DNA from: Balanoglossus misakiensis
Taxonomy: Eukaryota; Animalia; Hemichordata
DNA length: 64,000 nt
Assembly (NCBI GenBank): GCA_040954595.2
Contig: CM082591.2
Span: 11,115,309-11,179,308 of the forward strand
Direction of reading: 5' to 3'
The translations under genes were made by a program, and so were the position numbers. The notes beneath the pieces were generated by a model, which had not been told where the DNA came from, made no database searches, and worked only from the letters and a program-made list of their open reading frames with translations. This document shows positions 15,095-27,600 of the stretch, one piece after another; position 1 is the first letter of the stretch; every line of letters begins with the position of its first letter.

Positions 15095-17700
15095 GAGAAA
15101 GTAATCATGGATGAAAATTTCAGAGCATGGTTTGATGATGACCTACCACGTGGGTGGAAAATACTCCTGCCATGTGGGTGGAAGCATGCTCCGATAGAAA
15201 TTATGGAATGTTTGGTTAAAGTAAGTGGATTACAACTTGATATAGGTAAGTAAACTAATTTGAGTTGATAGCTGGGGAAAGTAATCGTGGATGAAAATTT
15301 CAGAGCATGGTTTGATGATGACCTGCCACGTGGGTGGAAAATACTCCTGCCATGTGGGTGGAAGCATGCTCCGATAGAAATTATGGAATGTTTGGTTAAA
15401 GTAACTGGATTACAACTTGATATAGGTAAGTAAACTAATTTGAGTTGATGGCTGGGGAAATTAATCATCGATGAAAATTTCAGAGCATGGTTTGATGATG
15501 ACCTACCACGTGGGTGGAAAATACTCCTGCCATGTGGGTGGAAGCATGCTCCGATAGAAATTATGGAATGTTTGGTTAAAGTAACTGGATTACAACTTGA
15601 TATAGGTAAGTAAACTAATTTGAGTTGATGGCTGGGGAAATTAATCATCGATGAAAATTTCAGAGCATGGTTTGATGATGACCTACCACGTGGGTGGAAA
15701 ATACTCCTGCCATGTGGGTGGAAGCATGCTCCGATAGAAATTATGGAATGTTTGGTTAAAGTAACTGGATTACAACTTGATATAGGTAAGTAAACTAATT
15801 TGAGTTGATGGCTGGGGAAATTAATCATTCCATAATTTCTATCGGAGCATGCTTCCACCCACATGGCAGGAGTATTTTCCACCCACGTGGTAGGTCATCA
15901 TCAAACCATGCTCTGAAATTTTCATCGATGATTAATTTCCCCAGCCATCAACTCAAATTAGTTTACTTACCTATATCAAGTTGTAATCCAGTTACTTTAA
16001 CCAAACATTCCATAATTTCTATCGGAGCATGCTTCCACCCACATGGCAGGAGTATTTTCCACCCACGTGGCAGGTCATCATCAAACCATGCTCTGAAATT
16101 TTCATCCACGATTACTTTCCCCAGCTATCAACTGAAATTAGTTTACTTACCTATATCAAGTTGTAATCCAGTTACTTTAACCAAACATTCCATAATTTCT
16201 ATCGGAGCATGCTTCCACCCACATGGCAGGAGTATTTTCCACCCACGTGGCAGGTCATCATCAAACCATGCTCTGAAATTTTCATCCACGATTACTTTCC
16301 CCAGCCATCAACTGAAATTAGTTTACTTACCTATATCAAGTTGTAATCCACTTACTTTAACCAAACATTCCATAATTTCTATCGGAGCATGCTTCCACCC
16401 ACATGGCAGGAGTATTTTCCACCCACGTGGCAGGTCATCATCAAACCATGCTCTGAAATTTTCATCCACGATTACTTTCCCCAGCTATCAACTCAAATTA
16501 GTTTACTTACCTATATCAAGTTGTAATCCACTTACTTTAACCAAACATTCCATAATTTCTATCGGAGCATGCTTCCACCCACATGGCAGGAGTATTTTCC
16601 ACCCACGTGGCAGGTCATCATCAAACCATGCTCTGAAATTTTCATCCACGATTACTTTCCCCAGCTATCAACTGAAATTAGTTTACTTACCTATATCAAG
16701 TTGTAATCCACTTACTTTAACCAAACATTCCATAATTTCTATCGGAGCATGCTTCCACCCACATGGCAGGAGTATTTTCCACCCACGTGGTAGGTCATCA
16801 TCAAACCATGCTCTGAATTTTCATCCATGATTACTTTCCCCAGCCATCAACTCAAATTAGTTTACTTAGGCTGCATTCACAAACACCTCTGGATGGGGGG
16901 GGGGCGGGAGAATTCAATTTTTTACCGCTAATTTTCACATGCCCCCCCGTACACAACCGAAATATTTTCAAATCCCCCCCCTTCCGAACTGCCAAAATTT
17001 TGAAATCCCCCCCCCCCATTTTCTTTCACAGAGCAAAACACATCACCTAGTATCTATCCCATGAAAAGAATTCGAAACTGATGTACCCCTTCACTGAACA
17101 TTGCTTTTATTTTTTAAGTATTTGTACTCTGTGTTGGGAGACATTGTAAACCGAGAATTGAAGGGGATGGGTTTGGGAGGGGGTGTCCCCCTCCCACGTA
17201 AGAAAATTTTATAAAATACAGAGCTCAAAGCTGAATTTTAATGAACCCGGCAAAAGCAAATTAACTCAACTACTGGTATGTTGGGGAGGACAAATTTAAC
17301 CGTCGCCGCTCAAAGTTATCATGGGGTTGGGGCAAGTCCCCTGACCTGGGACACTAGATAAACCAATCAATGATTGAAAGGTGTTGATGAATGGAGGAGG
17401 TGGGTGTGGGAGGGGGTGTCCCCCTCCCCCATTAGAAAATGTTGTAAAATAAAGGGCGCGAAACTGCATTTTTGTGGACTCAAAATAAATATTTCGTCGT
17501 CAAAGTTTTCAAGTCCCCCCTTTCAGTCCCTAAATTATTTCAAATCCCCCCCTTACATACCCTCAATTTTTTCAAATCCCCCCCCCCTCAATTCTCCTGC
17601 CCCCCCCCCTCCAGAGGTGTTTGTGAATGCAGCCTTACCTATATCAAGTTGTAATCCAGTTACTTTAACCAAACATTCCATAATTTCTATCGGAGCATGC
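15095..17700. repeat. 180-bp tandem repeat in two opposed blocks: ~4 units (15095-15828), then ~6 inverted units (15826-16868 and 17638-17700)
   Basis: Unit ...GATGAAAATTTCAGAGCATGGTTTGATGATGACC... recurs every 180 bp. Orientation flips at a shared CAT (15826-15828). Confidence 0.97.
16869..17634. mobile_element. PIF/Harbinger (Tourist-like) MITE, 766 bp, TTA TSD
   Basis: TIR GGCTGCATTCACAAACACCTCTGGA / TCCAGAGGTGTTTGTGAATGCAGCC; TTA at 16866-16868 and 17635-17637. It interrupts the 180-bp unit at GTTTAC-TTA-CCTATATC. Confidence 0.92.
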
Positions 17701-20333
17701 CAGACACTCCTGTCACAGTACCGTAATTGATACAAAGGCAAACTGTTATATTTACTTTCCTGAGTTAATTTTCACGAAGTGTAGTAAAAAATCTAATTAT
17801 ATGTGCCTCCCACACCAAAACACCGTACTTTCTCCGTATGTAAACTGTAGCTGCACATGCGCTCTCGGTGGATGATAGATGACCTTGGGTCATGTCATCA
17901 ACACGCGACCTTACGTCAGCTGCCTCCCCAGGGATAAGCCTCACCACTGCCCACATGGTAGCTGGGCAGGAACTCTTCGACTCGCGCACTTACCCTATCG
18001 AGAAATGCGCTCCAAAAAAAAAAGTGAGAGATTTTGCTAGAGGAGTCTGGGTAATCTTAAAAAAAAACAGAGTGTGAAAATAAGTTGACTCGAAGAAGAG
18101 AAAAGAAAGGGGAAACACACAAACCGTCACACAGGACAAACTACAGTCTCCTCATCGCCGAGGCGTACGCGTGATGATATGACAAGTGTTTACGTCTGTG
18201 AGATGGTGTGTATGTGTCGGATAGAACGCGAGTCGACTAGAATCCGAGTCGACTGAAGGTTACTGTGGTGGACGCGAATATGTGGTCGCCATTGTGGGAA
18301 TCCTTCGTGAAGGAAGTGAAGCCACTTGTTCGGGACCACATAAACATGATACCGTCATGATACCACACAGTCAAACATGACACCACTGGCACTACGTCCG
18401 CGGTTTGCTATTCTAGATTTGGTCTACAGAAATCGTGAAATTTGTAGCATAATCATCTGTGATGTAAGACAAATCTAAACCCCAAACGGCAGAACTGAAC
18501 GTTGCCCATAACGTAAGAGTTGGCATGGTGCCCACAACTAATACTGTCTTCTGTGCAGTACTAGCGAACTATACAAAAAATCAGCTCAGTTTTGACAACT
18601 TATAAATATGGGTAAAAAAATGTTTTATTTAGAAACTGTTTGTTATTTGTTGTATTTTTCAAAGTGAGGTATGAATGACCTTCGGGAAATCGTTGTCATG
18701 TGTATGAATTCACCACAAATCGTTTGTTTACATTTGGCTGGTAAAAGGTCAAATACCCCAAAGGAGTCGCTCAGTCCATAATTAGTTGATCGTCTCCGCG
18801 TCATCCGCGTTGAAACTCTGTGTACTGTACAAAAGAATATGGAAAGTTATTGTACGTTTCAGCATCACAGGTTACAGCAGGAGTTGTTCATAATGACAGT
18901 TCGTTCGACCATGTTAAACGCAACGCTCCGGTCATATGTGGTCCCGAACAAGTGGCTTCACTTCCTTCACGAAGGAATCCCACAATGGCGACCACATATT
19001 CGCGTCCACCACAGTAACCTTCAGTCGACTCGGATTCTAGTCGACTCGCGTTCTTTCCGACACATACACACCATCTCACAGACGTAAACACTTGTCATAT
19101 CATCACGCGTACGCCTCGGCGATGAGGAGACTGTTGTTTGTCCTGTGTGACGGTTTGTGTGTTTCCCCTTTCTTTTCTCTTCTTCGAGTCAACTTATTTT
19201 CACACTCTGTTTTTTTTTAAGATTACCCAGACTCCTCTAGCAAAATCTCTCACTTTTTTTTTTGGAGCGCATTTCTCACTCATTTTTTTTTTTGGCGCAT
19301 GCGCATACGCTATTCTTTCAAATGCGCCCGTTTTTTTTTTCAAGTCAAAAGACTATTATTTATTTTTACAACTGAATGCTCGTTTTTTTTTAAACACGCT
19401 TGTTTTATTTTTTGGATGACAAATATACCATTTTTTACAACTTGGATCTGCCTGAATATTTTGGGTGACAAATGTACCTATATATTTTTTTTTCAAATTT
19501 TATATCGTGTTTGTTTTTTTCAAATTGCCTGTTTTTTGGGTGACAAATGTTCCTATTATTTTTTTTTTTTTTTTTTGCATATTGCAATGCGTTTTTTTTT
19601 CAAATTGCCTGTTTTTTTGGGTGACAAATGTTCCTATATATTTTTTTTTTTTGCAAATTGCTCTGCGTTTTTTTTTTTTTTTTTTTGCAAATTGCCTGTT
19701 TTTTTGGGTGACAAATGTTCCTATATATTTTTTTTTTGCAAATTGCTCTGCGTTTTTTTTTTCAAATTGCCTGTGTTTTTTTTTTCGGGGGATTAAAAAT
19801 GTGCTTATTTTTGCAACCTCAGTGCATCTGCGTTTTTTAAAGCGGCCCGTTAGTTTTGGGGTGACATGAGTGCGGGTTTTTTTCGGTGACAAATATCTCC
19901 GTTTTTTATGGCTAACATGTTCGTGTTTTTCTATGTTTTTTCTATGCCTGTGTTGTTTGTTCTGGGGGTGTGCATTTTTTTCAAGTTGTAGTCTCTCTTT
20001 TTTTCAAAGAGTGTTCTTTTTAATACTTTGTGTGTATTTTTTGTGGGGATGAAGTGTGCGTTTTTCGTGAAAAAATGTGCGCGTGGTTTTTTTGTGACTG
20101 CCTTGTGGACGTTTTTTTTGGTAAGCTTGGTGGGTTTTTTTTGACAACAGGTGAGATTTTCTTCTGTGTGTGTTAGTTTTTTTTTGACTCCACGATGGAT
20201 TACTTTTACACTCGTTGTTTTTTAAACCAACAATCAGTTTTTTGTGTTTTTACGTATTTTTTGTTAAAAGACATCAATTTTCTATAAAATAATAATAAAT
20301 AATTTTGAAACACTTGGCGCGCCGTACATGCAG

Positions 20334-21335
20334 TATGGACAAAAATCGATTTATTCGCCGTCAAGGTCAAAACAAGCGAAGCAGTAACACTCAAGATATG
20401 TTATCTTTATTACACGAACTTGATGAATGTGATGTGCCATGTTTTGTTGCCGCTGATCTCTCGCGTCTGCCACCAGTCGATATTTCCCATGCTGACGTTT
20501 CTGTATTGATTAAGGAAATTCGAGGTTTACAACATGAAGTCTCTCTTTTGAAGGGAAATAAGCACCCTGATGATCGTGATAATAAACTGCAAGTTGAGCT
20601 TGAGTTCAATTCTACGAAAGAGTCTTTGCTGCAACAGGTGGCACAGACCGAGTCGCATAGCAAGCCACAATTCTTACGTAACAATGGACAGGAGAGTTGT
20701 ACACCTGTTGGTACAGTAACACGTGCCATCCCACATCATTCAGAGGATGCAAATGACGAAGCCGTGGAATGCGTAGATGTATCTGAAAATGACCGCTTCG
20801 ATCATGATCATGACACCATGGTGAAAGAAGTTTTCAGTCGTTCCTCAGTGATGTAGCAAAAACCGCGAGTTCGTCAGCAGAGATTCACAAGTCAGCTGCG
20901 CCTACTTCGGTACTCAGCGTCAGCCAAGGAAGAACGTTTGATGTGCCAACTCGCCTTCCGTCTTCTTCTAGTACTCATGATTACATCACTGTCAGTCATC
21001 GCCACCGCACAGCAAGGAGACCGGCCAAAAGATTGAAGAATGTTGTCACTGGAAGTAATACGCAGACCTCCACTCTGAAAGCTGTTAAAACCGTCCCACA
21101 AGTTGAACTTTTTGTAAGTCGTCTTTCACCACAGACCACAGCTGAAGACGTATCGTCTCATCTTCAAACTCTTGGACTTTCGAACATAAAATCTGTTCCG
21201 TTGAAAACTAAATATGACACATATTCGTCTTTTAAGGTAACTACTACACCACAAAATAGTGATAAGATTTTAACTCCCAATACTTGGCCATCTGGTGTTT
21301 TGGTGCGAAAGTTCTACCGTGCAAGAAACATTTAA
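20334..21335 (+). pseudogene. LINE ORF1, central and C-terminal part (frameshifted near 20.8 kb)
   Basis: PCFVAADLSRLPPVD motif and a coiled-coil-like segment, then RRM-like ELFVSRLSPQTT...YSSFKVT...WPSGVLVRKF in another frame. Confidence 0.82.
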
Positions 21336-21343
21336 CAACTTTT

Positions 21344-22684
21344 ATGTCATTGAATATTGCTTCTTATAACTGTCGTGGGATCAAGTCTTCTATCGAATCC
21401 ATAAAAGATATTTGTGATAGTTGCGATATATGCTTTCTTCAACAGCATTGATTATCTAAATATGAGCTTAGTCTGTTGTCACACATCAATGAAAATTTCT
21501 ATGCAGTCGGAGAATCATCTATGGATGATGAGGGCGGCATACGACTTGGTCGGCCTTTTGGGGTGTTGCCGTGATGTGGAGAAAATCTCTCTGCTCTGTT
21601 AATGTAAAGAGATACAACGATGACCGTTTAATTGGTCTTGAAATTAGCTATTCTGGTGGTATTCTTACTTTGATAAATGTTTATATGCCTACTCAAAATA
21701 ACGACAATTTTCATGAGTTTGCCTCTTATTTGCAGAAAATTCGTGGTTGCATTGAAAATGCTAATTCCAACTGTGTTATGGTCATTGGAGATTGAAATAC
21801 ACTAACATTAACAATGCTTCAGATTTTTCTAGGGAATTGTCTACCTTCTGTGAAGAAAATAACTACATTTGTGCAGATGTTAGCATCTTGGGTATGGACA
21901 ATGTGAAGAACTTCACATATTATAGTGAATCTCATCATTCCTCATCGTGGCTTGACCACTGCGTCTCTACCTCAGCTGCGCATAAATGTATTAATGATGT
22001 AATGATGTGCGCATCATGTATGATTATATTGGGTCTGACCATTTTCCTTTACATGTGGTTTGTAATCTCAGTGACCTTCAAAAATATGATTTGCAAGACA
22101 ATGTTCCTATTTTGGAGAATACTGATTGGTCGTCTATTGATGACGCCTCTTTACAGAAGTATTATACCTGTACTGATCAGACTTTGAGTTGTATCAATCT
22201 TGATGCTGAGATTTTTTCTTGTAATGATCCTCGATGTAATCGTACCTCGCATTTAAAGAGTATTGATAAGTTGTATGATGATATTGTAAATGCATTAATG
22301 CTGGCTGCATCACAAAGTATTCCTAAGAAAACGAGTCAAAATGGCCATAGGTCAATTCCTGGTTGGAATCATTATGTCAAAGAGCACCATGCGATTGCTC
22401 GAGATGCGTTTATCATGTGGAGAGAAAGTGGCAGCCCTCGACAAGGTCCACTTTTTGAACTGATGAAAACTACTCGCTCCAAATTTAAGTATTCTTTGAG
22501 AGTATGTAAACGTTATGAAAAGCAAATGCGAGCTGATGCTCTTGCTGAAAGTCTTTCAAATAGAAATAACACCCAGTTCTGGAGGAGAGTAAATAGTAAT
22601 AAGAAATCAGCTCCTCTATCTGCATCTGTAGGTGGGTGTTATGGTCATCAAAATATAACTAAATGTGGCATGATCATTTTGCTA
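21344..22684 (+). pseudogene. LINE ORF2 5' part: apurinic endonuclease and linker, with stops and frameshifts
   Basis: MSLNIASYNCRGIK, GRPFGGVAVMW, LINVYMP, VMVIGD, SWLDH, GSDHFPL and IPGWNHYV motifs spread across frames. Confidence 0.9.
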
Positions 22685-23554
22685 CACACGCGATTGTGCC
22701 ATACCTTGGGCAAAGCTTGGGTGTCCTCAAAGCTTGTGTGAAGGTTTGCGATAAAGGTTTGGGTAAGCTTATTTTCAATAAAGATTTGCCAAAGCTTCGT
22801 GCCGAAGCACAAGAAAAGGTTTGCGCTAAACCTTGGACCAAGGTTACTGTCAAAGCTTTTAAAAATCTTGGCTAACAGAAAGCTTCGACGAAGCTTTGTT
22901 ATGAACCTTTATCAAACCTTATTGTACGCCTATCGACAGCCAGTTTTGACCTAATCGCGCGACGTCCGTGCTGCACGCATGTCATCGGTCAGCAGCTTAG
23001 TTTGACAGGTCATTTTGCAACTTGAGCACGTGATAGACGTTATTTGTATCAAAACCTTACACCTGTCCTGATTAGTTGATGAAAAGTTGCAGTTTGCCGA
23101 CTTCTTCCTCAAAATAAACATACGTTATGAACGAGGATCTATGGGCAAAGGTCATGTGACGTCATGAGATTCAACGTAAACTCCGGAACTCACGCGATGG
23201 ATTTTGCCTGGTCGATGAACGTACGGGCTGTACGGCTACAAATATTTCAAAAGGTGGGTAAATTTCTGACAATATTGTGTCCGTGTGTACATGGTGTTAA
23301 AATAGTTGGCAAATGCCTCTCAGAAAACTGGTGTTTAGTGTTTTGAACATTGTCTTCGCAAAAAACGACAACATTTATCAACATTTCCTCCGCACGCGCT
23401 TTGACTTTGAGTTTGAAACATGCCCGGGCGGGAGGCGCTCGCGACGTTAATCGCGATCGTGTAATGTTTTTTTGAGTGTAGAAATATCCACAGATTCTGG
23501 AATTAATGTCGCGAAAACAGAGTAATGACAACAGTTAATAATGGAAATATGTAC

Positions 23555-24537
23555 TGTCACAAGGTATGATACAATGGATGATACTGGGGCAGTACCAGGT
23601 AGCTTTTCTTTCAGACCATGTGACTGGGTTCTTTTGTGCTGGGGACCCTTTACTACGGGAATCGTACAACTCAGAAACTTTATTACGTTTATGCATAGAC
23701 CATTTATTCAACTTGCAAAATTGTATCGATGGATCCAATAAATTGTACAGGGACAGCCACTATAGACAAAATATCAGTGGACTGTATGCACAGTAAAGAA
23801 ATATTACACAAAACACAAACACAAAGACATGAAACGGTACAAACATGACAAATGACATTAACAGGTGGTTATCGAACGGTTGTCCTACCCTTGCTAAGAA
23901 AGATTGTTGAGTTCAGTGAGTTCAGTACTGACAATGTTCCGGGAAATGGGTCGCAGAATATAGCAGTCTTTCCAGTTTCATTGAGGCGATGGTCGATCCG
24001 TGGGCGCACAAGATGTCTCGTATCACACTTGGTGGAAAACTCCGTCACCGTTGTAGTTTCGCCATACAGGCCTGGCAGTCAGATTCTGGTAGGATTACAC
24101 ACACAGTGCCTCAGTGCTACCGCTGGCTGTCATGTCCGTCTCTCCCTCAAGAATGGGCCCGCAGCCTTTTATACCACCTTCCAGGTGCATTGCTGTACAT
24201 ATTTTCTACAATAATTTATTCAGAATGATTGTCCACTGTTCTCCATTGTCTATTGTTTTAGTTCCTCCCCGACTTATCACCTCCGAATTATTCATGCAGA
24301 CCAAGTCAGTGTAGAGATTATGTAATCCAGGGCTGGTGAATTGTCCATGTGCAGTTATTCACACTGGTGGTGTGTCATAGCAGAGTTCATTTTGTCAAAG
24401 CCGTTTGATGTGTAACTGACTGTCTAACCACCTCAGACAAGTAGACTTGCAGCATTTCCTAACTAACCTTTAACCACCACACAAAAACAACACTGGACAC
24501 ACAAAACAACACACAACACTATAGACACTTTGTGACA
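23555..24537 (-). repeat. 3' LTR (983 bp)
   Basis: TGTCACAA...TTGTGACA, a direct repeat of 29406-30388. I noticed one substitution (23609 vs 29460). Confidence 0.97.
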
Positions 24538-24550
24538 CTACTCCCCTTTC
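24538..24550 (-). other. Polypurine tract
   Basis: Minus-strand GAAAGGGGAGTAG directly upstream of the 3' LTR. Confidence 0.85.
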
Positions 24551-24667
24551 CAAGACGGAACTAGTTTCGTCTTAAAACAGAAAAGTTTCTATAGTTACAG
24601 CTATATGGGGAAGCTGAAATACTGTTTCCTTTTGCTCATCTTAGGTATTCATTGAAATATAACTGCT

Positions 24668-27600
24668 TTACCCTGTGCTTCGGCTCAAGTAGTCAGCTTC
24701 AACATTGTCTGTACCTTTGATAGCAACAATCCTGTAGCGAAAGGACTGCAAGGACAGAGCCCAACGCATCAACCGACTATTTGATACTTTGGCACGGCTT
24801 AAGTAGATAAGTGGCTGGTGGTCAGTCTCAATCACAAACTCTTTCCCATAAAGGTACTGTTGGAATTTACAAATACCCCAGATAATTGCCAAACATTCCT
24901 TTTCAATCACTGAATAGGCTGTCTCCCTTTTAAGCAATTTTCTACTTGCATAAATTATTGGGAATTTGTTGCTGTCATGTTCTTGCATGACGACTGCCCC
25001 CAGTCCAGTATCTGATGCATCAGCCCTTAAAATGAAAGGCTTTGAGAAATCTGGCAGCCTTAGAACCGGATAGTGACTCAGAGCCCTTTTCAGATCAGTA
25101 AAGGCCTTCTCCTGTGACATACCCCAGTGAATCACTTTTGGTTGTCCCTTCCTAGTGAGGTCACTGAGTGGCGCTGCTATAGATGCAAAGTTTGGTATGA
25201 ATTTTCTATAGTAGCCGGCCATTCCCAGAAACGAACGAACTTGCTTTACTGTACGGGGTTTTTCTGCATGAAGAAGTGCCTCCACTTTCTGTGGCTGCAT
25301 TTGCAATAACCCATGGCCAACCAAATGTCCCACAAATTCCAAATTTTGATATCCTATGTAACATTTACTGGGCTTTGCAGTTAAACCTGTTTCATCTAGT
25401 CTTCTGAGTACTTCCGTTATGGTATCAATATGATCTGCCCATGACTGGTTGTGTATTAAGATGTCATCTATTATATTTTCAACCCCTCCTTGCAATCCTG
25501 TGAGAACTATTCTCATGATACGACTGAAGGTTGCCGGAGCATTGACAAGACCAAATGGCATAAACCGAAACTGAAACAATCCTTTAGGGGTGAGAAAGGC
25601 GGTTTTGTCCTTTGCCCCCTCTGCCATTGGGATTTGCCAATACCCTTTGGTAAGATCTAACTTAGTAAAGTATTTGCTCTGGGTTAATCTAGTAAATAAC
25701 TCATCAGAATTTGGCATTGGTTCTGCATCGAAGGTGGTGACTTTGTTCAACTTTCTAAAGTCGATACAAAATCGAACAGTGCCGTCTTTTTTTGTAATTA
25801 AGACAATGGGGGATGCATATGGCGAATCTGATGGTTCAACCACACCCATTTTTAGCATACTGTCAACTTCCTGACACACAGTGTCTTGTAATGCAAATGG
25901 CAGTGGATACGGTTTAGACCTAATAGGGTCATTGGATATTAACTTGATATCATGTTCCCCTACTTTTGATTTCCCAGGCATGTCAGTCAGTATATGCGAA
26001 AATCGTCTCAGAGTTCTTCTCACATCTTGGTTTTGTTCTGCACTCAGATGTTTATTCACATGCACATCCTCAATACTTTCTTTCCCTAGCGATGAGGTAG
26101 TTTCTATCAAATTATTCTCCTGACACTTATCACTATTTTCATTACATTCATCCTCATCCACCTCTTCACTTTCTATTACCCCAATACATACACATTCCAT
26201 CACACCGCCACTAATTGGCTCATGCTCATCCTTTACCTCCCCACGTTCTTCATATTTCTTCAATAAATTAGCATGATATAATTTCAACCTTTTCTTAACT
26301 TCCAATCGATAGTCCATCAGACCAACCCTTTCTTTTACAGTGTATGGGCCTTGCCATTGCATTTTTAATTTGTCATGCTCTGTAGGAAGTAAAAGCAATA
26401 CCTTATCCCCGACCTTGAAAGTCCTATCACTGGTTTTCTTGTCAAAATGCAATTTGTACCTTGATTGTGACTTTTCCAATTCCTTACGGGCCAATTTACA
26501 TGTCTCTTCCAATCTATCTTTGAGGTCAAGAACGTACTCATATGTGGATTTGATATCAGTGTGGGTGTCTTCCCCCGTCCACAGTTGTCGGAGTATGGCC
26601 ATAGGTCCCCTAACCGTACGACCATACAAAAGTTCAAATGGCGAAAACCCTAAACTTTCCTGTGGGGCTTCACGATATGCAAATAGCAGTGGATCCACAT
26701 ACCGATCCCAATCTTTAGGTCTTTCAGTACTCATTTTCCTGAGCATAGATTTCAGAGTGCCATTGAAACGTTCTACTAACCCATTGCATGCTGGGTGGTA
26801 TGGAGTGGTAGTTAACTGTTTAATTGAAAGCAATCTGTTAACTTCCTTCATGAGATCAGATACAAATTGTTTACCCATGTCCGACAATATCTGCTCTGGT
26901 ACCCCTACCCGACTATATATCCCCACTAACGCTTCTGCTACTGCCTCAGTTGTAATTCTCTTCAGGGGCACTGCCTCTGGGTAACGGGTTGCGTAATCTA
27001 CTACCGTGAGTATATAGCGATTACCCTTATCTGTAACTGGATCTATTGGGCCTATTATGTCTACTGCCACCCTCTTAAAAGGAGTATCGAGTAATGGCAT
27101 TCTTCCCAGTGGAACTTTACCCACCTTTCCCTTGGGACTTGTCCTCTGACATACATCACATGAACGGCAATATCGAGATATGTCATCGTGTATGGAGGGC
27201 CAGTAAAATTGTGTAAGGACCTTATCAGTAGTTTTCTTTGCACCTAGGTGACCTGCGAGAACAGAATCATGTCCAAGCTTCATCACCTCCGTACGGTACT
27301 GTACAGGAACTACTAACTGGGTAAATACTCGTCCCTGCTCTATTTTAGGTGACTGAAATTCCCTGTAAATCAGTCCATTTCTCGTAATGAAATGAGACAC
27401 ATTACCTAAACCACTTAGTCTCTCTTTACCTGACTTCACTAAGCTACGAACTTGTTTCAAACTGTCATCAGTCTGCTGTGCTTCTCTGAGCACTTCTACT
27501 GTGACTTCTTTCCCACACTTTGGTACAATCATAGGACGCCCTGGCCTTCCCTCTCTTAACTTTTGACTCCTAGTCTGCACACTTTGCACTACTTCAAAAT

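Larger units (their letters stand above)
12987..17999. mobile_element. 5.0-kb non-autonomous DNA transposon with imperfect ~50-bp TIRs and 9-bp TSD GAGAAATGC (Mutator/MULE-like by TSD length)
   Basis: GAGAAATGC at 12978-12986 and 18000-18008; the other foldback arm shows the empty site (19264-19281, rc GAGTGAGAAATGCGCTCC). Left end AGATAGTATGTGCGCGCGTC..CCTACCATGTGAGCAG matches rc of right end GATAGGGTAAGTGCGCGAGTC..GCTACCATGTGGGCAG. Superfamily is inferred only. Confidence 0.85.
11908..20326. mobile_element. Non-autonomous foldback-type DNA transposon with ~1.4-kb inverted arms and 7-bp TSD CATGCAG
   Basis: Ends TACGGCGCGCCAAGTG...CACTTGGCGCGCCGTA; CATGCAG at 11901-11907 and 20327-20333. 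Left arm 11908-12986 plus 18009-18342 mirrors right arm 18935-20326; spacer 18343-18934. Arms contain A-rich subrepeats (GAACATTTGTCACCC...GCAATTTG). Confidence 0.92.

Noticed and set aside
15076-16830. 268-aa and 341-aa ORFs with a 60-aa repeat
   Set aside because: They are a by-product of the 180-bp period with no recognisable domain, and are antisense to the exon-like frame.
18000-19277. Independent small foldback with ~340-bp TIRs
   Set aside because: It is the inner part of the large foldback arms, displaced by the 12987-17999 insertion.
23535-24314. Short ORFs duplicated at 29239-30165, as a possible env or accessory gene
   Set aside because: They lie inside the LTRs and show no recognisable motifs.
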